From NCBI RefSeq assembly GCF_009834535.1, contig NC_045696.1, forward strand, positions 50,966,001 through 51,030,000: DNA of 64,000 nucleotides, read 5' to 3'. Shown here piece after piece: positions 35,901 to 47,900 of the stretch. Origin of the DNA: Camelus ferus (taxonomy: Eukaryota). The notes under the pieces are model-generated. The model was given only the letters and a program-made list of their open reading frames with translations, ran no database searches and had not been told where the DNA came from. A program made the translations under genes and the position numbers. Each line of letters begins with the position of its first letter. The first letter of the stretch is position 1.

Positions 35901-38900
35901 AAAATGCCAAGGTTGTGCTTGCAAGAATTAAATGACATTTTACATGACCTGAGGGTACCTCGCCACGGGGCATGGTTTTCCCACACTGGACCATTTTGTC
36001 CACCTTTCAGGCTAGAAAATGCTCAACACTACGTGTTGATCCCGCAGCTAGATATGCAGGTGGGCAATGGGCTAAGCGTCAGGCAGTAGGTCTGGTAGAA
36101 TCCACCAACAGACATCTATGGAGAGTTCCCTCAGTGTAACTTGGCTTAATTTAGCAGTTTGCTTTGGGTTGAAAGTGTAGAAAACCCAATTTAATCCAAA
36201 CTGGATTAAATAGTAAGTATATTTATCAGCGCACCATCTGAATGCCCAGAGGTGGAAGGGCTTGTTGTGGGTGCTTTACCTGGTGGCTCTGGCCCCATTT
36301 CTCTGAGATCCCTTGGTTGTGCCCAGCCTGCATGCTGATTTTATCCTCAGGCTGTCTTCCCTCATGGTGGCAAAAATGGCTACATCAGGTCTTGGCTTCC
36401 TACCTCCCCGACTACGATGTGTAGAGGAAGGAGCCAGCTGATTTCCAACAGGCTTCACTGGAGAGCAAGGAAACTTCTTCTCCAAAAACCCCCAGATAAC
36501 AGCCCCTCACACCTTACACAGTTATAAGCCCCTCCAAAACCATTCTCTGTGTGCTGGTTAGCTCAGGACTGGGCAGCTATACCAATCACTGCAGCAAAGG
36601 AGGTGGGGTTACCTTTAGACCAATAAGACCCATCTCTGGAACCAGGGGTGCGGTTACCGATGCAAGTGGGCTGAGAGGGTGTGCATTTCTGAGCAGAAAA
36701 TGGACTAAGATATTTGAGTTCGTAATGAGATGCTATTAGGAGGGAGGAAGGGAACAGCTAACGCTGGTAGAAGGCAATTAACAATGTCCTCCACACTCGA
36801 GGAAGAGGATTTTAAAAAGTCATTTTGTGTTTGTCCTCTAGCCCCTCGCTGTTAACTCAGAACACCACTGAAATTCTGTCACATTTTAATTTTTTTAAAT
36901 GAGAAAACAATTGTAATAGAGAAAACCATAGAGAACAGCATCATTCACCACTCAGAATGAACAAATGCCAACGCTTTAAAATATCTGCCTTAAATCTAAT
37001 TTTTTAAGGAATAAAATGTTGTGTAAAGTTGAGGTCCTGTTCTGAACTGCCTTCTAAACTTAATCCTCTCTCTCTCTCTCTCCCAGAGGCAACGACTATG
37101 ATTAATTTGATATCTATCCTTCCAGTTTGCTTTTGTAGTTTTTCTACATTTGTAACAACTTAATAATTTATCACAGTGTTCTGCATCCTTTTTTATTCAA
37201 CAATATGTCCTAAGATTTATTAATATTGAATCATGGATATCCAGTTCATTCATATTTAAAGATTGTCATTCTGTGATAAAAATATACCGCATTTATCATT
37301 TCCTCTGTTGAGCAATACTTAGATGTTGCAATATTTTGCTGGTACAGACAGTGCTGCAGTGAGTATCTTCATCTATGTCTCTGTACACATGTGAGAGGAG
37401 GTTCCCTGGGACACCCAGAGGTAGAATTTGGGGATCACCTGGCTTATGCATCTTCCGTTTTACCAAAAACTGCCAAGTTTCTCTCCAGAATATTAATTCC
37501 CACTCCAAGTGAAAGTTTCCAATTCCCCCACATCATCACTAAGGTGTTATTGTTAGACTTTTAAGTGTTCTGCTACATTTTTGAGTAACACGGGACATTG
37601 CATTGTTGTTTTAGTTCGCATTTCCCTAACCCTCATGCAGCTAAGCCACATTTAACTTGCAGCTGTTTTCCATTCCTAGGCTAGAAAACTGTATGTACTA
37701 GCAGTAACCCGTGTGGTTCTATTTCAGGATGCTGAGAAGGACCTCCGACGCCCACCTAGGCGTCACATTGCCCTGTCATCATTAGGGGTCCTTTTGTTGT
37801 GCTGCCTGAACAGCAGCACTTGTACACAAACCCCCTGCAAGTAGGGATAGTCTATTATCCATCAAATCACCTGACACTCTTCTGCGAACCAGGAACACCC
37901 CTTGGAGGCGGGTAGCAGCGGAGTGTGTGGGGTTTGCCTAGAGAGGCTGGCGTGTGGAGGTCCCCACGCTGTCTGAGGGCAGCACGTACTCCAAGGCCTG
38001 AAGGGAGAGGGTTCTCTGAGGCTGAAGGGAAATGACCCTCTGGCTTCTCCTCAGACACCTCCTTCATGTACATGATCGCCGGCCTGTGCATGCTGAAGCT
38101 CTACCAGACGCGCCACCCGGATATCAACGCCAGCGCCTACGCCGCCTATGCCTCCTTCGCGGCGGTCATTACGCTCACCGTCCTCGGAGTGGTGCGTCCC
38201 TCCCCAGCCCGGCTTTCAGAAAGTACCCTCCTGAGAGGTTGTTGGTTGTTTTTTTGGCCCTCAGGCGGACAGGTTTGCATTAGTCATAATCCTTGACTCG
38301 TGACAGACTCTCATCACTGGTCCGTTCGCGGCACTGCGTTGTTTAGCTAGCATTTTTTTTAATGGAGGTAGTGGGACTTGAACCCAGGAGCTTGTGCATA
38401 CTAAGCATGCACTCTACCACTGAGCTATACCCACCAACCACCTTTAGCTACTATTTTTAATAATGTAACAGGCACCTGGAATACTGCCCCCGGACAGTGC
38501 TAATATAAAGCTGGGACCTAACTCAGTGAGGCTGGAATAGAGATGTACAGGGTCTTGGAACAGAGTTTGACTTGAAAGAACAGAAAACACTTCCCAAACG
38601 TGTGTGGACAACTTTTAGTTGTCTTCTGTTACTTGAAGAGCATCAGGCCCCAACTTTAGACCTGTCGCCTCTTCACCTACTGTTCAGCTGCCTCGCCTAT
38701 TTCTTCTCTTTCCCATTTTCTTTGGTCAGGTAGCCATTATTCTGACCCAGGTGCAATAAGATCTCCATGAGCTAAGAGCAAGGGGAAAACCCAAAATGCA
38801 CACACAGCTTGGATTTTGACTCCTTCTGCATACACAAGAGACGGAACAATTTCAGCGGGCTCTCTGGAGACAAACGCAGATGAAAGTAACTTCCATCTTT

Positions 38901-41900
38901 ACTCCTAGGTGTTTGGGAAAAATGACATCTGGTTCTGGATCATCTTCTCCGCAATCCATATTCTGGCTTCTCTGGCCCTCAGCACCCAGATCTACTACAT
39001 GGGGCGTTTCAAGATAGGTGAGTCACCTGTTACTTTACATGAAACACGGGGATCAACTTACCCTGAGAAAGAATTGTCTTCATTTATCCTAAACCAAAGT
39101 GTTACTGGTCACTGTGAGCACGTGCTTCGAATTCCGTGTGTGTTTAATAGCATGAATTCTCTTCAAGAGCTTCCCGTCCTGCGTAGGATTGCAATAAGCT
39201 GTTATCACTAGTTGTAACTTCAGCCGAGAAACTGAGCTTGGTATACCTCAGAGTGGGGGCATGCCTCCAGCCCCAAGTCCCAAAGGCTTTACAATTCATC
39301 AAACCTTGAAAGTGTGTTTGCAGAATGGTATATCATCACACCACTCATTCTATCTGGAAGAATATTTTTCATTTTTAGCATTTAAAAGGAGGATTTCTCT
39401 AACCAGGCTAAATGGTTATCAAGACTGAATTATATATCACTTTCAAACTTGGGAACTGGAACTTTTTGAGGCCAATTTGTCAGTCTTAGAGGCTGGACAC
39501 CTGCAGAATGCTGACAATGTGGACGTATCACATTAGAACACCAAGTATTCTACAGAAACCAGCTTCTTATCTGCTGTTGGTCAGCCATCATACATAGGAG
39601 CAGGTTCAAGTCTTTTTAGAGCATTTAAATTTCACCAGTCATTTTAAGGTCCAGGAAGTCAGACTGAAAATTCATTTGTGTATTTCAAGAAAAACCATTA
39701 TAATATAAACATAGGCCCATCCCTAATATTTCAGAGCCCAGAGCAAGACTGTAAAAAGAAGTACACACACTATGTATATATACTTTTAAGCTCTAAAGCA
39801 GACTGGAAAACCAACAAACTGATAAATATACTTTCATTACAACCTAGAAGGTACAGGTTCAAATTTTAAATTCTTAGGTCCGTGGAAGAACAGTCCAGAA
39901 CATAGCTGTACAGGAGAGCTGGTCCCCAGCCCCTGCCCCTCTTTCCTTCCTGCCTCTGGCTCTGTCCTGCATCTAAGGGGTCTCCTTGCCCCTAGTGGTG
40001 CATACTCAAGTCGTGCCACCTGCCCTCAGGAAGATAAACCAGGGAACGGGGCTGTGCAGGCTTTGAGAGTAGGCTCAGACCATCAGAGCAGGGAATTCTG
40101 GGGTCCAAGAACTCAGAATGTGGCCTGGGAGGAGAAGGAGCAGTCCCTTTGCCCCACAGACTCGTCATTCATTGGGGAATGGAGGCCTTTAAAATATGGC
40201 ACCCCTCTTGCCCAGATCTAAGAGTGACTAACTCTACTTAAACAAGTGGCTTTAAGAGTAGGACCAAATAAAATAATCTCTCATGTTGGCAGTTTGGTTT
40301 TCCCCTTTGGCATGGTCAGTAGATTTACTCTTGGCATTACAAAGCCAGTCCACCTCCAAATGCCCCAGTGGAAGCATCAACAGACAGTTGTGTAGAACAT
40401 TTGGTACAGCACCCAGCGCATGCCCAATCCTCCCCACTGAAGAGTTTGTCTCCATACTGAGAGTTTAGTTTGTATGACTTCCCTCAGTCATACAAACTAA
40501 ACTCTCATAAGGAAAATTATATGAGCACTGTTTTTCTAGGTTCTCTGATTTGGAAAAATAAACTTGAAAACAGATATATGTAGTGATTGTGACCATTAAT
40601 ACATAGAGAAGCTTTTAATACATTTATACCACCTTTGCCCCATGCAATTTTACAACACTGAATTCATTTACCTTTTTAAAAAGGAGAAATTTATTGTAGT
40701 CTATTATAACCATGTGACAGTTTGTCAGGGTCCTCACCAGAAAAAGATGTCACACGAAGACTGAGCAGAAGGACTCTTCATGAAGACAGGGGTGGGGCAG
40801 AGAAGAGTGGGAGGAAGAGCACAGTAAGTAAGCTGGGGCCAGGAGCAGAGCAGCTTTACTGTTCACAAGCCCGAAAGGTCATGGAGAAAGTAGCTACCAA
40901 AACGTGGAAGGAGGGCATCGTGGAGAGGAAGTCTCTAGGAAAGGAGCAGCGGTTTGGTTGACAGACAGGCAACCTCACAGGGAGGGCAGTGGGCGGATAA
41001 TACTTTCAGCTCATTCGCCTTCCTCTGTCCCTCCAGTCTCCTGCTGGGGTTTCTCATTGTCCAAATCTATGGGCAGTGGGAGACCCACTGAATGGTCCCT
41101 ACAATCAGCCTCCCCGGGCGTGGTGAGGACAGAGAGACATGGCAGTGGGTCTGTAGGGGTAAAGGGAAAATAGCCCTTGCACAACTTAACTGTTTTAAAT
41201 TTCTGCACTTAGGGAATCTTCCCCAAGTGGTTACAGATTTACCAGAGTCAAAAGGAAAACCTGCTATTTCATCTTGACGATTGCACCTACATTTAGTCCA
41301 AAGGCAGGAAGCTGAGTTAGTGGACAGTTGTTCAGGCAACACCAACCTCTCCGCCCATTTCATAAGCTGCCTTTGCTTTCTTAAATCACAGACTCCTTTC
41401 TCTGTGGCCCTTGGGTCACACTTGAAAGTAAGGGTGGACACAGAAAAGGCAGCAGCAATGAGGCGGAGCATTTCTTAAGTACGACAGAAAACTGTAGAGC
41501 CACTTGCCCTGATCACTATCGTGTCCCTTGCTTCCAGAAAAGGACCACAGGGAGAGGATGGATTGTAAGTCGCCAGTGGTGCACAGAAGTATCAGGAAGA
41601 GAGAAAAGTCTGATTTGCACTTTGAAGAATAGTGAACTTCTGAATGTTTGAGACAGGCAGAAAGAGTCTATGTTCTTTATGATGAGCAAACAAGATTAAA
41701 GTCATCTGTTTTGAGAGAAAAATAAAATGACCAGTAGTTTACCTGTTTGGCTTCTTACAAATCTTTTTTTCTTTTTTTCCCCTTATTTCTCTGCTTACCA
41801 CTGATTCAGATGGGTCTGACACAGGTAACGTTCAGCCATCCCTCCCCAGGGTTTTCTAGATTTTTCTCTTAAAGAAGCAACCTGCCCGGCTGACCCGCCA

Positions 41901-44900
41901 ACTCTGCTCCCTAAATACCCCCTTCCAGATTGGGCAGGACTTGGTGGGAAGGGGGTGCAGAGAGAGGCTCAGAGGCAGGGAAGCACTCCAATCCAGCCTG
42001 CAGTGCACCTCTTCTGGGCTGTTGCATGGATACAGCCCTCCCTCCTTCCTCCCTCACCGTATCTATCTGGGTTAAACTGACCCCAGGGGTAGCCTTGAAG
42101 AATAGCAGCATTCACAACAGAGCTGGGGTCCACGCTCACTGAAATCCTTGCTTTGGCAGCCCCCAGCCTTGCCTGTGACATCCACATGTGGATGGCTCAC
42201 AAAATGACAGCCCCACCTGGCCCCTGACCCTGTCCATGTAACAGTTATAACCTGCACCCTCACTGTTTTTTATTCCATCCTTTTGAAGGATTGCATTAAA
42301 AAATCTTTTCCTGTCTTTTTCTCTCCCATCTTAACTTATGTTCCTTTAATTATTGTTTCAATACACATTCAGGCTTTCTAAGAACATACTTAGTAGATCC
42401 CAGTATCCCCTGGTTCAATCCTGACTTATAACCACACTGAGAAATATGTTAGAATTTTTGCAAGCTAAGATTTCCCATGGTCTAGAGTCAGCAGATGTTT
42501 TAAGGTGACTTTTGAGAGGCCCCATAACATCTCTGCTGTGAACAAAGCACCACCAGAGTAAACTATAAACAGAGGAGAACTGGAAGCCGTAGGAGAGCTG
42601 GCCAGCTGCCCAGGCGCCTTGTGATTGCCTGTTACTCGTGTGGACCTTGCCTGCCTTTCTGTGCAGACACGGCACGCAGCCAGTGGAAGCACAGGTGGTT
42701 GTGGGCGCCATTGTTTAAAACAAACATTTATTGCCAACCTCTCAGATGCAAAGCACTGTTTTTCTGAGGTGAAGACAGTATCGTCCTGCTTGGGCCATAG
42801 GGGAGTGTTTTGTATTCTCTCTGATTAATCCTTCTTACCATGCGACTGTGTCATCGGCAGATTTGGGGATCTTTCGGCGCGCCGCTATGGTGTTCTACAC
42901 GGACTGCCTCCAGCAGTGCAGCCGGCCTCTGTACACGGTACGTGCGTGTCCCCGTGCTCCCTGCAGGAGGGGCAGGCTCGGGGCAGTTACTCAAGGCTCC
43001 CTAAACCAAGAGGGGCAGGTGGCCTAGGGTGGCTGAGGTCCAGTTAGCGAGGGAAGAGGCTGTCTTGCTTACCCTTCTCACTCTAGGCAAGCTGGGATGG
43101 TTCCCTTTTTATACATGAAAAATTGCTAGTATATAAAGAATACACATATACACACTAACTATTAGACAGTGATGACTGCTGGGGGGGGAGGATCAAGATA
43201 GGGTGTCCCCAGAATCACTCCCAAAGAGGCAGATTTCATTTGTCAAAGTGAAAAAGAGGGCACAATTAGTAATGACACTTGGACTGTCCCAAGCAAACTG
43301 GGGACAAACTATCCCTCCAATCACTCTCATCAGAACTTACACTTTCCACATTAGACGTGTTTGCTTTTTATACATTGTTTGATTTTTACAGTAAGCAAGA
43401 ATTTTTTCACCAATAAAAATGAAAAAAAAAGAAAAAATTTATAGAGGTTGGGGTATAGCTCAGTGGTAGAGCGCATGCTTAACGTGCATGAGGTCCTGGG
43501 TTCAATTCCCAGTACTTACAATTAAAAAAAGAATGCTTTTTCAAAATTGTAGTTATTGCTTGATGGTGGAAATACACTTTTAAAAAGTCTATCTTGTGGT
43601 TTTCAGTATACTACACATTTCTACCCTAAGCAGAGGGATCAGGGCTCTGGTCCCAGCTGCCCTGGCGTGCTGGCCATCGGCCTTGGGAAGGCTACATACC
43701 TCCTCTGAGCCACTGCTCCAACCCCTACACAGCGCTGTGGTCAGAACTAGTGATGCCATTTGGGCCTGGCATATAATGTTTATAGTCAGAAGGATTTTTA
43801 CAGAAAGGTATGTGGGGATGTTTCAGCCCTCGAGAGCCTAGGCAGGAGCTGTGGGCACTAAACCTTGAGAGAATTGAGGCTGGCAGGTTTTACTCAGGTG
43901 AGAATTTAAAAGCCCATTAGGACCCGTATTCTTAGAGATAAGTGTGCCTTAGCTGTGAACCACGAGGGGCAACTAGTGGTTTGGGATTTTTACATGAATT
44001 GATGCAGGCTGTCTTTATTTTTTTTTAATAGACTATTATTAGAGCATTTTTAAAGTTTTTAGTGTTTTGGAGAATGCAGAGATTTCCCATATACCCCCTC
44101 CCCCACACAGGCACAGCCTCTCCAATTATCAACATCGCCCACCAGAGAGACACATTTGTTGCAGTCAATGAACCTATGGTAACATGTCATAATCAAAGTT
44201 CATAGTTTACATTACAGTTCACTCTTGATTTTGTACAGTCTCTGAGTTGTGACGAGTTTGTAATGACCTGTATCCATCATTAGAGCATCAAAGTCGTTTC
44301 CTGCCCTGAAACTCCTCAGTGCTCCACCTGCTCTTCCACACTCCTCGCCCCACCAACCCCTGGCAACCACTGATCTTTTTACTTTCTCTTTTGTCTTACC
44401 TTTTCCAGAATAATATAGTATGTAGCCTTTTCAGATTGGCTTCTTTCACTTAATATGCACTTACTTTTTCTCCATGTCTTTTCATGGCTGGACAGCTCAT
44501 TTCTTTTTGGTACTAATATTCTATTGTCTGAATGTCCCACAGTTTATTTATTCATTCGCCTACTGAAGGATATTTTGGTTGCTTCCAAGTTTTGGCAATT
44601 ATGAGTAAACCCGCTATAAAAAAAAATATGCTCAGGTTTTTGTGTAGGCATATGTTTTCAACTCCTTTCAGCAAATACCAAGGAACATGACTGCTGGATC
44701 CTATGGTCAAAGTATGTTTAGTTTTCTAGGAAACTGCCATACTGTCTTCCAGAATGGTTGGACTATTTCACATCCCCATAAGCCATGAATAAGAATTCCT
44801 GTTGCTCGCCACCAATTGGTGTTATTAGTATTTTGGATTTTAGCCTTTCTAAGAGGTGAATTTTTTTTTAAATGAAGTTATTTCCTCCAAATTTAATGGA

Positions 44901-47900
44901 TCGCCCATAAAGAGAATCCCTACTTTTAAATAGATGAGTGGCCATGCAAATTAAAGCATAATCAGGTAGCTCCTAAAAGCTGTAAGTAGTAGATGAAGGA
45001 GCAGGAACAGATTGTGAGTAAAGCACACCAGAGGAACTGTTCTTAGAGACAGACCTTTCCTCTCTATTTTCTCCCCTACCAACAACTTTAATCTTAAGGC
45101 CATGTGTTTAGAATCCAGGAGCCCGGGAGCTGCAGGGCCTCCTTGGAGAGTAAGGGGTGGGAAACTAATTAATTACAGGTCAGTCCCAAGAGCTGCCTTA
45201 GAGCCCACCAGCTAACACAACGCAGGGGAAGAGTCCTTGGTTACGCAATACTAGTGGTAGAATTCTCTTAACTCCTGAGTACTCAGCACACACCGAGAGG
45301 TGGGCCCTGGTGACGTCCCATCTGTTTGCAGTCAGAGGCTTTGCCATTTAGTCCTCGCAGAGGATGAGTGTCCCACCATAGGTGCAGCCCTCTTCAAACC
45401 ACAGAAAAGATTTTTTTCACTAAGGCGATTGTTTTCCCATATTTGATGCTTCCCCTACAGCAAGTTTTAAGAAAGCAGAGTTTGCAGCTTCTCATTTGAT
45501 GCCTTCTTTCCTCCTTTCCAGGACAGAATGGTGTTGCTCGTCGTGGGCAATCTGGTTAACTGGTCCTTGTAAGTAGTCTTAGGAAAACATGTTTCTCTGT
45601 AACATTGTGGTTTAGCTCTCCTTGGCTGCCATTTTTATAAAGAAATCTGAAATTCAGGAGAGCATAGGACTGTGCTTGTTCTAGAGACTTGAAAGAAAGC
45701 TATTTTCCTCCCACAAAGAATGTACTAGGAAACTGTTGTGCACCAGAAGGGCCTCTCTTAACCCACTGAGTTCAACTCATTGATGCCTTGAGTTCAATTG
45801 TTCAATAAGACAAATGTCAAATTTGTTCTATGTGGATAAATTAGATTGAATATATATGCACATAGACACACACATATATATAGAGAGAGAGATGAATTAT
45901 GCCAGCAGTTGCAAAATTGCAACAGTTTTAAAGTCTTTTTTGGAACTTTCCATAAAGGCTACCTAATAGGCATTTCTCTTCCTTACTAGGTGTGCGCATA
46001 AGTCTTTCCTATTTCTTTCTTTCCCTCTGGTTCTGTCTTCCTAATCCACCTATATCATTCTTCTTCCTTTTTTCCCCTCATTATCACCTTGGCCTTGTTT
46101 CCTCAAATGACCTCAAAAGTAGAACAGTGCAACAGAAGTATATTTTTGCCAGCTGTATTTCCTGTATCTACTTTTTGCAACTTATTCACAACTTTAAAAT
46201 GTGAATGAGTGATATTTTACTGATCCCTCAAAAAATAAGTTTAGCTGCTTTTCTTAGTGGTTCTTAGCTGATAGGCTCCTCTGGGTCAGTGGCCTTTGCT
46301 AGAAAGATGACTCCCTGCTCCTCCCCCCTTTGAGACATCAGATAAGAAGAAGGAGGCACACCATCAGGGAAGCCAGAATCAAGTTATGAGAATTCAAATC
46401 TTATTCGGGGGTCATATGCTTGTGGAAGAAACCTCCCACAATGTTGTCACCTCAGGGATTCCCTTGGGGAAGGTCCATACCTGTGAAGGATTGTCCTTTA
46501 CTCGGGGACAAGTCGAGATGGGTGATGCCTGGCCGTGGTCACCTGCGATGCTCTCCTGATCACCCTTTCAGGGCAGACCCGACAGTCCTGGTGACTCTGT
46601 AAGACAGGGTGCAGGTAGGAGATACAGTAACCGGGTCAGAATCACCTGTCTTGCCCCTGCTTCTTACAGCCCTAAAATCAAACCCACAGTCTGTTCAAAA
46701 GACAAGGTGGACAGCCTCTTTCTTCTTAGACAGGAGCTCTGTGGGACACCAAAACCTGTGGGAGTGAATGAGGCACAACAGTCACTAGTACTGTGATTGC
46801 CCGGTGGGCGGTTACCTCCCTCAGTTTCTCCATCCTCAGTTTCCCATGAACATTACAAGAGATGGAGTGATCTAATATGAACCTTGGATGTTATTTTAAA
46901 ACTCACTCTCACACAGTCCTGAAGAACAGTGGTGTGTGTATGTATTCATATATAGAGATGTATGAATAGATATGTGTATTTATGTATGTATACACAGAGA
47001 CAGAATGAGAGAGAGAATACAGATGTGGCCAAATGCTAATAACTGATAAATCTGAGTGAAGGGTATACAAGAATTTTTGGTATACTGAAGATTTCAAATT
47101 CTGAGAGGGTAAAATTTCCCATATTATATAGAATAAAGTCAGCTGGAATAAAAAATTAAGAGTCCATTAATAACAGCTTTACATTAAAAATACTTAGGAA
47201 TAAGCTTTGAGAGATGTGCAGAATCTTTCTGCAGAAAATTTAATTTCCTCATTCGGAGACACAGAGGAAAACTTAGCTAAATGAAGAGATAGTATGCCCT
47301 GGGTGAGATGATTATTGTAAAGATATCAATTCTCAGGCTAATGTGGAAATTTAGATTTAGAAATGGAATTAATAGGATTTTATTTTGAAATTATTTGCCT
47401 AGTAAAACAAAATTTCCAATGGTCTCTGCAAAAGAAGATTAACAGAAGAAAGGAGGGGCAGAGGTAGATAATGATGGCCCAGAATTAGCCAGTAGAACTT
47501 TCTGGAATGATGTGTCCTATACTGTACTGCCCGATACAGCAGCTATTAGCCACTTGTGGCTATTGAGCACTTGAAATGTGATGTGACTGAAGAATTGAGT
47601 TTATTTTTAATTTTTATTTAAATAGCCACACGTGACTACCATATTGGATCGTGCAAGCTAGCCTAACCAGATAATCTAACGTATTATAAAACAATAACTC
47701 CACAGAAAGGCACTGATCTGAAATTAGAAATATAAATTAGTGAATCAGAATGAAGAGGACAGAAATTCAACTATCTATGCGTGCATGGTGTATGCGTGTA
47801 TTTATTAAAAACAAGCTTTTCAAAACCAGGAGATAAAGAAGGGCTACCGAATAAAGTCTTCTGTTACAACTGAATAGAAATTTGGAACAAATTAAGGCCA

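Noticed and set aside
43450..43520. tRNA-Ala-like sequences as real tRNA genes
   Set aside because: Acceptor and anticodon stems are diverged, and A-tails with TSDs on sister copies show they are SINEs.
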